DNA of 64,000 bases. Source: Phoronis australis. Lineage: Eukaryota > Animalia > Phoronida. Made by a program: the position numbers and the translations under genes. The DNA is taken from positions 1-64,000 of the forward strand of contig NMRA01000470.1 of the NCBI GenBank assembly GCA_002633005.1, read 5' to 3'. The notes beneath the pieces are model-generated. The model searched no databases. It was not told the origin of the DNA and saw only the letters and a program-made list of their open reading frames with translations. Each line of letters begins with the position of its first letter. Position 1 is the first letter of the stretch. Shown in pieces: positions 22,869 to 36,500 of this stretch.

Positions 22869-24635
22869 TTCATATTGTCTAACACACATATTTTGCATCA
22901 CAATTCAACCAAGAAATCAACGGATGCTGTTTTAGATATCCTGGTTCCAAACCATGCAAATGATTGTTTTGGGGCAAGATATCCGGAGCTTTCACTCAAT
23001 CTAAAAATAGAGAGGTCAGGTGTGGATCAGGCAGGTTCCACAACATAAAGCACAAGAGCTCAGCAAAAATGAATACAAAATAGCCATCTCCTACGCTGAA
23101 CTTGAATTGTTCAGAGCAGAAAAAGCGTCGCAAATTAATGAACATAGAGACCCGAAGAAACCTCGCATAGATCGGGAGAATGACACTGAAATAAATAAAT
23201 GTATTACGGCAATTTGAAACTCGGAAGTAGGGACGCAGGTCTGCGGATCTGTACTACAGATTAGGAGACTGTTACTGGAATTTAGAGAATGTGATCACAG
23301 AAATGTTGCCACCTCGTAATAAAACGTTTACACATATTTAAGTTTGCAAAAACACACAGTTGGAAGTGAGAGTTTCAAAATTTGCCCCCTATGTGCCCAG
23401 TGGTAGTCCCGCTGCTTAACTCAAGAAATTAGTTGATAACATTTGCATAGTGTTTGCTCTTGAGCCATTCTTAGTGTGTTCTGTCTATAATGAACTATTT
23501 AACAGAGCACTTGTGGTGATTTCAGACATTTTTACATTGCTTATACAATGAATTCAAATTACATTAGGTGAAGGCAGCCCAAGATGATCTGATGTCTTAT
23601 TGAACAAAATAATAATAATAAACTTCTTCCTGTCATTTTAAGTACATGAACATGATGGTGAACTTTTGCACACACCAGCTGTTTTTACAAGAGAGAAATA
23701 CTTTTAATGTGAAAAAAATGAAAAAAGAAGTTCATTGAGATGCTTTCATTGTGGAGAAAGATTTGAATTTCAACTTTTAAAACCATTTTATTTGACCACC
23801 CATTTTGGACTGACTTGCGGGTCTAAACTGCACATTCTCTCGGTGAAATCAAAACGAGGCAATGATATAAAATTATAAAAACGTGACGGTGCCAGACATT
23901 TAATGCATTACAACAGAACGAAATTTGATGTCATTTATTACTCTGATTTTACTTCAGGTAATTTTGACTAAACGTCCGAAATTTAGGTCCGTTCGATGTT
24001 TAGCCTTTAGGTACACTATGTTTGCTGATTTGGCACAGTGACAAAGTTACAGTCTGGCACAGGCGAATGCCCATCGCCTACCATCATTAACCAAAGGTTT
24101 CAGTCCAAGATAGCTAAACTTTACCAGTAACCCGTTCAGTTCGTAAATGGTAAGTGCAGTCGAATCAAAACTTGCAAACAACCGACAGACGGAGAGACAC
24201 AAAGAATAACATGAAGCAAACTTTCAACTTCGAGTTCAACTTCTCAGATTCCGGAAGCTGACACCGCCATTACTGTTTCGCAGCGACACGCGCGACACCT
24301 GCCGCGATCGTGCCGAATCAGGCGACAGAAACAAAAACTAAAAGATAGTATGGAATCCCGCAGATAGGCCTAATAAACCGGCCGTGACAAGCAAACTTCA
24401 AGAGGCAGCTGCCGGAAGCAATAAAAAGTCATCAATTCTTCTCAAGGCTGAAAATTGGGTCTAGTAAAAGAGCCCACAAGCGTAGAATTCCGTTGGTCAT
24501 TTAATTCATGAGTGTGTCGGGCTACCGTGACTAAAACTCTGACTGCCTTCGTTTTTGGTCTGTGTACTGTGCCTAGATGGCATCATAGAAATAGATTCTA
24601 TAGGCAACAGATTCCCAACGTACTTTGACATTTTC
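22869..24635. repeat. Near-identical duplicate of 21015-22867 (probable uncollapsed allelic haplotype)
   Basis: Colinear, begins after the single N at 22868, and differs by SNPs and the 97-bp insertion. Confidence 0.85.
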
Positions 24636-24752
24636 TTGTGTACTATCCTAGAGGAAGCGTTACTCTCCTATATTATCTGTTCCTGTTTCCGGTTAGATGT
24701 CTCAGTGGGGACAACACAGCAGCCGACCGTTACTAGCAGACGACGTACTTAC

Positions 24753-24850
24753 CCGGGACGGAAGCACCAGATAATTTGGCCAGCCTCCCGTTCAGTAACG
24801 CTATGACTTCGCTAAAAAGCAAGAATTCGCGAGATTACGTGAGATATTGC
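24753..24850 (-). promoter_or_regulatory. Putative CCDC124 promoter and non-coding first exon
   Basis: Strong minus-strand donor CGG|GTAAGTA at 24753/24752, nearby ETS-like CGGAAG motifs and a TCGCGAGA (BANP/Kaiso-type) motif at 24827-24834. The coding exon has an acceptor just 4 nt before ATG, so an upstream UTR exon is expected. Confidence 0.45.
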
Positions 24851-24919
24851 CATGTATAATTATTTAATGAGAACAGGCCCGTAGCCAGCATAATTGCGCC
24901 GCGGGGGGCGGGGGGGGGG

Positions 24920-25215
24920 NNNNNNNNNNNNNNNNNNNNNNNNNNNNNNNNNNNNNNNNNNNNNNNNNNNNNNNNNNNNNNNNNNNNNNNNNNNNNNNNN
25001 NNNNNNNNNNNNNNNNNNNNNNNNNNNNNNNNNNNNNNNNNNNNNNNNNNNNNNNNNNNNNNNNNNNNNNNNNNNNNNNNNNNNNNNNNNNNNNNNNNNN
25101 NNNNNNNNNNNNNNNNNNNNNNNNNNNNNNNNNNNNNNNNNNNNNNNNNNNNNNNNNNNNNNNNNNNNNNNNNNNNNNNNNNNNNNNNNNNNNNNNNNNN
25201 NNNNNNNNNNNNNNN
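24920..25215. other. Assembly gap inside a poly-G/poly-C short element
   Basis: N run flanked by CAGGCCCGTAGCCAG...GGGG and CCCC...TTTGGCGAAGTGGGCAAAAAGGTC. A related sequence is inverted at ~30115-30150. Confidence 0.9.
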
Positions 25216-27571
25216 GGCCCCCCCCCCCCATTTGGCGAAGTGGGCAAAAAGGTCTGTGTTTTCGTGACTACACGTTCAAGCATGATGCCTTTTTCTCAAT
25301 ACCTCGATTTTGGTGCCCTATTCCCCACTCAAAAATATTGAAAAATCATACGAAATTACTCCCTAAAAATTCCCCTAGTGACTGAAAATTTCTCTACGAA
25401 GTTCGAATCACACAGGTGACAATTTGAAATTCTACTTGAGGCAGAGCCTACATGTATGAGAGCTTGCAGCAGGGTGGGGGTGCTACTGATGGTGATCGGG
25501 AGGCAGATTTTTCCCCTCACTCGGCGAAAAAATTCCCCTCTCAGAAGGCACAGGCACCTTTCCCCTCGGACGAACGAGGCCCCTGAAGAAACATGATAAC
25601 TATGCTTGCTCTGTCCAGTTAACTGAAATAGAGCTCTTAAACGAGGTTATGCTTTGAACGAACTGTTTTAATTTTAAAATTCAACTTGGCCCAGATTGAT
25701 ATTTGAAGCCTAACATATGAAATAGACGTAAGAATTATTAAAACCAAGAAAGCAGAATTTATAGTCAAATAATTTTTATTTTCAATTACGAGCCTGTTTT
25801 TTATTTTAATAACAATATATTTAAGAACATCAATTATTCTTTCAGATCAATGACCCAACTGTTAGTTCCGGTAGTCCCTACCTCACCAGAGAACCTAGAC
25901 TATGCTTTAAGTTAATATTTTTGATCAACAAATTAAATCTGACGTGACTATTTGCGCATGACAGTAAAATGCGATGGACCACCACTGTCGAATATATCTT
26001 CAACTCGTCAACAATACGAGCAGATGACCTGGTTAGTATGGAATGCATTTTTATTAACAGTTTACAAGAAGAAACGTAAACCTGCATTCAGCATAATTCC
26101 TAATCCGTAAAACTAGGATCGCCGCAATTTGGTCATATTTGCTTTTTATGTTTCGAACCTAGTTTCGGAAATTATACCCTTTCGTCAGGTAAGACTTGTT
26201 CTCTAATGTATTTTTCTACGTCTCCGTGGTTATTAACGACACAATTTTAAGATCTAATATCCAGGTTGTACTCGAAAGACCGGACATTTTACTCACGCAA
26301 TATCAACTTCCGCTTTGATTATCGCAGTGAACTTGCTTTGGATTTTAATGTCCGCCGCTTGAATTAGGTCTATAGACACCTGGGAGACACAGCACTTAGG
26401 CTTTTACGCCCTACTTACGGCAAGTACGTCGTCTGCTAATCATGATCGGCTCTTGTGTGCTCGTGTAGCAGAGTTAAACGTACTCACGATAACAGGAGTT
26501 CTACTATTGGAAGTCTTTGAACACCCTTTCGGTGCTATTTTTCTTGTACTGGACTATTAAAGGAATGCAAGAATTTCCCGTCACAATACACTATCCCGGG
26601 AAGCTGAATTTGCTATGGTTTAGGGGAGTGGCGCTGCCCTCTGATGCAGCGCCACCTATTCTGAAAAGTACATTTCGTAGCACTGTGAAAGAGTGTAGGG
26701 TGGCAGCATCCTCTGGGATCTTTTGCAAGAAAATGTCGGAATTGCGTATTTGTTGTCTACTATAATTTATGATTCACACATCTGAGTTCACACACAAAAA
26801 TGATACCGGCACAGACACAGACCTTAATTCACGGTGACAGTAGATGATAGCGTGTTTCAACCTAAGACTATCAAAGCCAGTCACTCATAAAATGTTGGTG
26901 AAACTTGCAATTAAAGCAAGATTTTTCTGGCAGATATGTTATTGTTTTTAGTTTCGAAGCTTATCCTAAGCTGGGTTTAACTAAATTGCTGTCCAACTCC
27001 TCATTAATCTATGCAGACACTGCTAGTAGTCAAACTCAAGTTCCTTCCTGGTGTCGTGTTTGTCAATTACTTTAAGAACGCGTACATTAATTTAGTAAAT
27101 AAGCTCCAATCTCCTAACCCATTTAACATGTTTTGGCGTTTAACCATCTCATGGGGGTTCACGCATTTCGCAGTCCCAATCACTGTTTGCTTTGTGTACT
27201 TTATAATCGTGAACCGGCTGCGTGGCCAGCTGTCAAAGGAATGTGGTCACGTCTGAGTTGCACGTAGTTTTGGTCTACAAATTACACGTATGTCTATTAC
27301 AGCATTCAGCATTAACACCCTCTACTACCTCATAATCGTTGTTCTAAACGTCCCGTGCCGGCTTTCTAACGTATGGTGCTAGTGTAACTATAAGACGTGT
27401 AAAGTGGAGAGAAAGTCAACTCACGTAGACCTACATCGATACCATAGACTGAGTTTAACATCCACCCCACTGGGACATATTCCACGCAGTAGTCAAGTTT
27501 ATATCCCGTTACGAGTTCCTGTCACGTTGAAAAGACGTTCAAGTTCTAAACATCGCCGGGAGAAATTGCGC

Positions 27572-30500
27572 ATGGCGCTGAAGTTTTGCGGGGAATGCGA
27601 AGACACTGGCAATAATTCACTACGTGGTTTCGTTTGACTTGTTTTGGATTTCATGTCAGGAATCGATTATGGAAGCCGGGAAACTTGGAAAGGTTAATAT
27701 GTTACCTCGCATCATTGTTGGCATGATTTTGTTGATTAAAGAATATTCCTTTGACACAGGTAAGACACGTCTTGATACCAGACAATCCCTTACTGTAATG
27801 CCAGTTTAGATAAGCAAACGATTTGCGCCAATACATTTTGTGTGAGCAGTGTGCGCTAAGTGTTGTTGCTTGTTCGGTACGGTAGTCGTTTTAGTTTTAA
27901 TGTAATCATTAAGCTCATTGATCCATTGAGACTCTGTCAAAGAATTAATGTCGCATATCTATGTCCGTCAGCCAACGGTCTTGAAACGTACCCTTGCGCT
28001 TTTATGTAACGGAGGCTCGATAAAGACCTTGAGAAAGAATATCTTGTGGGAACCAATTGCAACTTGTTCCCAAAAATAGTGACTTGATCATGTGACTTAA
28101 CAGGCCGTTCTCATGAGGTAGAAACTAATATCCATGGCTTTAATATACCCTATTTAAATTCCTAGGACTTAAGGACTCGATCTGATGACTCCGGCGCTCT
28201 CATTTTACTTAGCATCGACGTCGGATTTCAATGAGCCGTTCACACGACTTGACTCGTGTCTCACGATTTATATGTGGTTGGCAAACAAGGCACTTTTACG
28301 ATTTGTTAAATCGTGCCCCCCCCCCCCCCCTATCTCTCNCTCTTTCTCTCCCTTCAACTGAAGTCGTGGGAATGATTTATAAGTAACGAGGCTTTTTCTT
28401 ACATGTCCTTAAGGGGACACCGCACATAGCTACCTTTATGAATGCGGTGTAAATTTCATTTGTCTTGAGCAATAAATCTATCGATGGCAGTCAAGACCCT
28501 GTAACCTGGCGTATTTTGGCAATCATAGTCTCTCAATATCAACAGAATTCAAGTCTGTTGTATGTTTTAGATTCTCATCCTTCCGCGGCCTACATCACCA
28601 ATTTTGACCAGTAGGCCACATACACGATGTTCACTTGCAACCCTCTATGTGCTTCTGACTTAACATGCTTGATTCTGTACCTTCATGTAAAAAACTCGCA
28701 ATTGTGACAATAATGTAACATATATACAGGAGGTTTTTGGCTGAAATGGCAACTCTACTGAGCTGTGACACTATGGAACTGCTATATTCTGCAGCTATAC
28801 ATGACTGTCTGGGAGAAAACAGAATTTCTTCGATAACGTAAAAGTTTTCGTAACTTTACTTGATACCTATGATCAGTCATTTTTAGTACCAACACATAAT
28901 TATGATTATTCATGCACACTGTGCTGCAAATGTCTTAAGTTGTCATTGTAAACCGACTGATACCAGGAAGAGATAACCACCTGGTGATACATATATTTGT
29001 TTTGTAGGGCAATGGGAAAAAAGACTTGTTCATATGTAAAAATTTGTTTTCATTTCAGTGAAAATAGATAAGTTACACGGCATGCTGGAAGAAACGGACG
29101 AGATCTATCTGTCAGGAAGGCTTAAACCTGAACAAATCACAATTTTACAACTACGTAATCAGACGGCGATTACTGTCGAGATTATACAGCACAGACACAC
29201 ATTCCAAGGTAACATTTGCCCGTATCCTTTTTTAAAATTACGTCCGCCAAGAAATGGGGTTATGTACGTCTGCGTATGGTTGGTGTAGAAGTTAAAATCA
29301 AGCACACCGGCGCTTAGTCACATTTCGTGTATTCTGGAATGTTAAGAAATAAGTTGAACCACTTCTGAAGTGATTCTGACAAAATACACAAAATACAGTG
29401 CACGCGTCAATTATTAGGCGGATGTTTGCTCTCTCCGATTGATTTCTCTTTTGGCAAGGCAAATCTTTGAGGCGAACGTTTAGGAAAAAAGACTTTTATC
29501 AGTGGCGAATTTCCGTGGGGGTTTTATTGCAAGGGGCCATGTCCTCAAAAAATGCTAGACTGTAAAAAAGATAATTGCCGCTATTGCGATTTAAATTGTT
29601 AACGCTCAGGTACCCATGGGTCTTCTACGCAAGTATCCTTGGTCAGTCTTGCGTCAACAAATCCTTGGTGTTTTCAAGTTGCCGTGTGCTGATGGAGGCG
29701 AACGTTTTCGGCTTAAGAAGTCTTTGTAGGTCACGGTCCTATTCTTCTGAGAGTTCATTGTATTGAATCGAAGGCAATGACAACGGATACATGTAGCTGT
29801 CAGGTGTTATGATGAAAAAACAATCAAGATGCACTATATTTTCTAATCACCAGTTGTAGTACCCTATCAGTGCACTGCTTAGGTGGGTGGATATATATAT
29901 TGGTTATCCCACATACAGTACATACTGTAGCATGCGCGCATCCAGCCTTGAATATGGGGGGCTCGAATTTCCAACGATGTGGACTTTTTACTTACAAAAA
30001 GCGGGAGGACTAAAAAAAGAAAACGGGGTACTACTTTCGGAGCTGTGAATTGTGGGTTTACACCTTTTTAGTGGACTTTTGTCTCGTTTTCTCGGACTTT
30101 TTGTTTCTCCGAGTTGGACCTTTTTGCCCACTTCGCCAAAAGGGGCGGGGGTAAACCAAATGATTGAGCCCAATCAAATTTGGCATTGTACTCGCGAACT
30201 TTACTCCACCAGCAGACTGCACACCAATCGTGAAATACGGTATCTACCGTGGTATACGGATTGACCCTACTTTCTCGCCTATCACGGTTGGTAACGTGAC
30301 GTATACAACATCCATATCTCCACAATATGAGGTAATAACGGGTATCTCTTCAGTAGCTATAGGTCTATAAGACTATTATATCTGCGGGTTTCTTGTTTGA
30401 TTGATGATTTTTTATCAGTAAAGACACTCTAGTGTCTAAAATAATTCACGTAGGTGAATGTTTATTCAATATGTTAACTTCACGTGAATACACGTGGTGA

Positions 30501-33500
30501 ATAAATGTTTAGGATCCGGACCCCCTAACTCAAATTCCAGGATTTCTTTCTTGTTTTTAACGATTGCCCTTACGTTAACGCCGGGTCACGACAGGAAACG
30601 CGGTCTTCACCGCAATTTTTGAAAATTTATCAAATTTGAGTTGGGAAATAAAAATTTACAACCTGAGTGAAGACGGGTTGCTACAGTCACGTGACGACTG
30701 AGTTTGTTAGCATATGTTTGCCAGGCTTTATTATTGTAGACTGCATGCCAAACCCTTCAGCAAACCCCAGGTAATGGTTATGTTTTTAGTAGCGTTTGCT
30801 AGTTCAGACTGGACTAAAGTAAGAACAAAGCTTCAAAGGGAGTTCAAAGTGCGTTCTGACTGAAATGATCTCGATTCACTGCCATACCACGAAATCCTCG
30901 GATATTTGGTACGCGTGACTGACACGAACCTGTCAAGTATCGTATACAGGGGCTGATCCAGTATTTTGAGTTGGGGGGCAGGGCAGAATATTAGCCAGAA
31001 TTTTGCCTGTCTGACATTCACACCCCCGAACTGCCTAAAAGAATCTGTGAAAATTTTAGGGGGGGGCATGGTCCCCTTCTAAATACGCCACTGGTATATG
31101 CCTTCCGAAATAGTGATTTAGATATTTTGTCACATGACCTAGAATGTGTTACCACGCGATTGATAAATAACATTGAAATTTCGTCAAAATTCCTCGGCAC
31201 ACCTCGGAATTTTGACAAAGTTTCCACAAGGTTTTGCCCATGTCATGAACTGAGACTCGTGTAGGATTCTCCATCTAACCTTGTGGTGCGTTTATGCTTT
31301 ACTGATAGGCGGGAAGATACTAAGACTATCCTTGTAGATTTGTCTGTTTGACAAGGACTGTATGTTTAATACATTGAACATGTACATGTCTTTTGTCCAA
31401 TATTTACGACAGAAAAGCGCATTTTGGGAGTTATTGTTGAGCAGTATAGACTCATTAAAGCCACTTGCTTTGACCAAAGGCACAAAACGGCAAAATCCGA
31501 TGTTGTTTATGATTTTATTACAAATCAAATATTTTTGCCTTTGTCTACAAGACCTCTGCTGAAATCAAAGCCTATTACTTTAATTTTCGGTTAAAATGCG
31601 CTTATTAAACACTTTCAGTTGTCCTTTATCGAGCGCGATTTACACTGTACGTAGAGACTGCAACCGCCTGGGGTTGCACGTTCGATTCCGCGCTGACTGA
31701 GGTTGTTTCCAGAAAATCGCATTAAATTTCTCGCATATTATTGCCCTTTAAGGATACTTAGTACCTTAAAAATGTCCAATTTTGACCAATTCAGAATATC
31801 ATGTCTCAAATCTGGCTGATCAGATTCACATGAAACTTTCAGATACTAATGCTTTACACACTGGTCTCCAACACGGTGTTTGGAATTGTTTTTAAATGTC
31901 CTACTTTTGCATTAGGAGCTATCAAAATGGTACTTGCATGAGTGTCATGAAAGAAACTAAAGTTGCATGAAACGATAATTTTGAAAACTATAGCGATTTT
32001 GAGATTTTATCTTGATCATACACTGTAATATCATACGAAATTTGGTAATTTTGCTGTTGATCTTGTTGTTTTGCTATAGATGTACCTCTCTCTTTTTTGC
32101 TAAATTTTCCTAATTAGTGGCAGATTGTTATCACGTCCACAATCAAATTCAACGAAATATTTTTGCTTTGTAGATATTTGGCTGAATTTACAATTTTGAT
32201 ACGGCGTTGCACGCACCTGATTCTAGATATAGGCGCAACTTCAAATAACGGCAGCATGGGCTTGAAAGCACGTATAAAGTGGTGTATCCGTAAAGCTGAG
32301 ACAATTGTAAAAATGAGGTTTAATTCGAGTTTGCTATTTTAGTACATCCTTTGCGTACTTATGCTGCACCATTTTTGCTGTATACGTTACAAAAGCAGTA
32401 CGGTATATTACGTATAATTTGTGAATGTCTACTAAACGCTGTCATGCCATGACATTGATTATCACCCTTCATGAATCATGGCACAGACCCTGAAACGTCA
32501 TTGGATCCTGATTGAAACTGAATAGAGATTTATGTCTTAATCTACATGTACATTTATTTTCTAGTGTCTGTTGCCAGCGATACAGGGAAACGGAAGATGC
32601 GCACTTTTGAATTTCCTTTCGAGGCTAAAAAAGGCGGACATTACGTTGTATATTTGTCGAATCTTCAATTCAAACACAGTGCAGTTCAACTGTACGTGAA
32701 CTGCGAAGCATCCAGAAAAGTGTACACGTCTACGTCACTGGCTGAACTTGCTCGGAGAAGCAACATTTTGGTATGGCGTGCTGTTTGCAAATTAGTTATA
32801 AGATAGACCTTAAAGTTGCAGTCTTTCTGTTTTGCTAGCTAAAAACGAACATGAAATGGGATCTTTTACTGTCATGCAATCGATCTAATAAAACTCCTTG
32901 CTGTGATAGAGTATTATTTCCGTTATCAGCGAACATCGACAGAAACCACCAGTGACTCAGGAAAACGCTTTAGCATTAATTTGTGTTGGCCAAACCAAAA
33001 CTTCTAAAAATTCTAAAATGGGACGTGTATACCCATTACCTTCCGCTTGAGTTAGTCAACAGAACTAGAATCCTGTTACTGCGGGCCTAAGAAATATTTT
33101 TGAGCGCAAAAGGCTTATTTTGAATTTCGGTTTTTAGCCAGCTAAGCAGGGCAAACTAGAGATTTAAAGAATAACTTTCATCGTTGACAGACGTTTGCGT
33201 TACATGCTCCACTCTTGTATTGTGTAAATAGTCAAAGGATACTAAAAGAATGTTTCTATCCAACACGCTTTTACGCGGGGAACAATTGTTGCATGTATAT
33301 CCAGCGCCGCCTGTAGTCTCGCCTCTAGCATGTATTGGCATTAGGGTATGGTGAACAACTCCGACATCATGTTCTTTATTGATCAACGAAGAACGATGGA
33401 GGTTACCACGTGTATTTAATACAGATTTACTTAGAAAGCATGCTTTTATAACATTAACGTGAGTCATAACCCACATGATGAACAGTGTCTCATGGTAAGA

Positions 33501-36500
33501 AAGCAGATCTTCCGTCTAAGCTGCGTTTGGACAACATCCTACATGTGATTCTTTTCAGACGGCCGAAAGGAGTTTGGATGTGACATTTAATGAAGACATT
33601 GTCCGAGTGCTCAAGGATCTGAGTTGCTTTCAAACAGACGTACACCAGGCTGACGAAGGCAATTTTGTTGTTGGAACTGACAGTGAGTAAGCATTTGTTG
33701 ACTTAACTGAGGTGTCAGGGTGTTGAAGCTAATCCACGATGGAATAACTTTAGGATGCATTCGATTCAGTATTCAGGTTTGTGCCAGATCAGCCGGTACA
33801 ACCCACATGATTGGTTCCCGGTGGCGACTTGCGGCACACAAAGCCATCATCATCGTAGCCCATTAACTAGATTTGAGTTCCGTAGTCTCAAGGGTTTCTC
33901 AAGTAAAGTTACTGCAATCACGTGCATCACTGGTGATACATGGCGATATGTGGCGAATACTGACGTACTCTTGACTTTTTCGAGTGTGTTCCATAGTCGT
34001 ACCGGGCACCCGAGCTGTGTTTCGTGAACCGCAAGACATAGCTTACATTTGCATGTGGAACGGGAACATGAAATTCTGTCGCGGCATATCTCAAAACCAC
34101 ACATTTCAGTGGCCAGCATGTTGCTAGGATAGGCTGCATATACTAAGAAGATACTGTCAGTTCTTTCATTTCCAACGGAACGCTATTTGTCTTGCACTTC
34201 AGTAGGCCTACAGATTCGTTGCTCTCGATAATCTTTTCCATTATGAGTGCGCGATCATCCGTTCTATAGTGCTGTTATATTTCAAAAAGAAAACTCGATT
34301 GTCCTGGTGTACTTCATTTGGTTTTGATCATTAAACCTTCAAATATGACACATCATTTTCTCACAACCTGTATAAACTCGAAGTCATTTTTGTAGACATG
34401 AAGGACTTAAACGTTGCCATTTCGGACGTGACGTCTTCGTTGAAAGCCCTGCAGCTTGAATTGAAACAACAGGTACAGTATTGCTCGCGGAATGACAAGC
34501 AGAGATGTCGAGCTTCAACAGAATGATAAATCATACAAAATGTTCTTTTAAAACATTACATTAAAAATTGGTAGCAACATCTTGTTAATATTAATTAAAC
34601 GGCAAGAAGACCGTTCGGCGTTTTTGGTGTGTCAGTCAAATCGTTTGCACGTTTTCAGGCTTCCGAAAGTAGTGCACTCCGACGCAGTTTGGATTCCTGC
34701 GCAATGTGCCGCTCGATTGACCAATTAAAAACCTGCTACGAGGCGCCATGTTTTACTGGAGTGCGATGCATGGACACAATTCTCGGCGCACGATGCGGAC
34801 CGTGTCCACGTGGTTACAGAGGAAATGGACGACAGTGCAGACGTGAACTCACTTGCCGTGACCGCCCATGTTTCCCAGGTAAACATTTCGTGGTTTCTCT
34901 TGTTTAAACGGTTATTACAGTAAATTAATTGAAATCTGTAAGCTTTAATTGGCTTTCAAAGCCCCATGTGAAGAATATCAAAAACTCTCACGCATGGGGC
35001 AAACACAAAAATGTTATAAAGAATATAGATTTTTTATGATGACACGTTCAGTTAGACACTCTTCGACAAAACCTTTATTTGATGACACGACCGTGTCCAA
35101 GTCTCCATTCTTGCCAGACGCTAGTTTCATGTGAAATGTATTTTCAAGGTGTTCCTTGTGAAGACACATTATCGGGATACAGGTGTGGCAGATGTCCCCC
35201 AGGGTATCAGGGGGATGGACGTAGATGTCGCCGAAGGGGTTGCGAGGCGAGACCTTGTTATCCAGGTGTCGCATGCACCAATACTGAAAGAGGATTTCGT
35301 TGCGGCCCATGTCCGGAAGGGTTTGAGGGCAATGGTGAAAAGTGCCGAGATATAAACGAGGTATGGTAATTCCACATAGAAAATAGTTTTGACGATTGTG
35401 CTGATTACAATGGTGATTATGATTACGATGATAGTGATGATGACGAAGAACAATACTGATTTGATAATTACGATGATGATGATGACGGTGATGATGGTTA
35501 AGCGATGGTGTTTTGTCCACAGCACTGTGGTGGTGATGTCAATGATAATCAGAGTTAGTACTACTATATATACACGTAGCGGCCGTTGTTCGTGGTGGGA
35601 AGGGTGAAAACGGGGCCGTGTTCATGGTTATGTTAATTTTGGTGACGGCGGTGGTAGTTGAGGAGTTGGTGGCGATGATTTTTAGGATAAAGTATTATTG
35701 ATGAGGATGATAGTGCTTGTAATTCGTAGCATAAAGAGTACCAGACGTGTTGATTGGAGTTGTTCTAACGACCATAGCATTGACAGTGTCTATATATATT
35801 TCAGTGTGCCATTGCCCGACCTTGCGATCCAATGGCTAAGTGCCACAATCTGTCCCCCGGGTTCAAGTGTGGTGCATGTCCGACAGGATTTTCCGAAGAA
35901 CAGCGAGTGGAAGGGATCGGTCTTGATTATAGTCGACGTAATCGGCAGGTATAGGCCCACTGTTTCTTTAATAAGCATCTCGGTATGCTACAGCATTTCT
36001 AGAACCTATTAGTTATTCTATTTCAAAGCTAACCTATTTATACTGGCGTGACGTTGCGTTCGGGCATTTCTCAACAAATGTATAGTGACAACCTGCATAA
36101 CATGCAGTTTCTACAGCTGAAAGATCGTGCACATCTCTTCTTACACGAAGATTCACACGTAATTATTCATTTCTCTCTCAGATATTTGCTCTATCTTTAC
36201 GTGGCTACAAGATATTGGTGAACTAATTCTCAGCTTTATACAACTAGTAATACACGGTGATGAGAAGTTTGTTAAACGAAGCCTTTTTTAAAGTAACGCT
36301 CTTTTGTTCCAGATTTGTCGAGATATCAACGAATGCGAAGATGGCAGAAATGGTGGATGTGTTGAACACTCAATCTGCAGGAATACTCTGGTGGGTGAAA
36401 ATATTTCACGACTCCTCCTTGATCAGAAATTAAAACTGCTTTTGTGAACAATCAAGCGATTTACTAATTTCTCGTCCTACCATGAGAACAATGCCTGAGC

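Noticed and set aside
24860-25385. ORFs of 123-163 aa
   Set aside because: Artefacts of the N gap and G/C homopolymers.
35014-35607. His-rich, Ile-rich and Met-rich ORFs
   Set aside because: Translations of a (GAT)n microsatellite and of the antisense strand of a thrombospondin exon.
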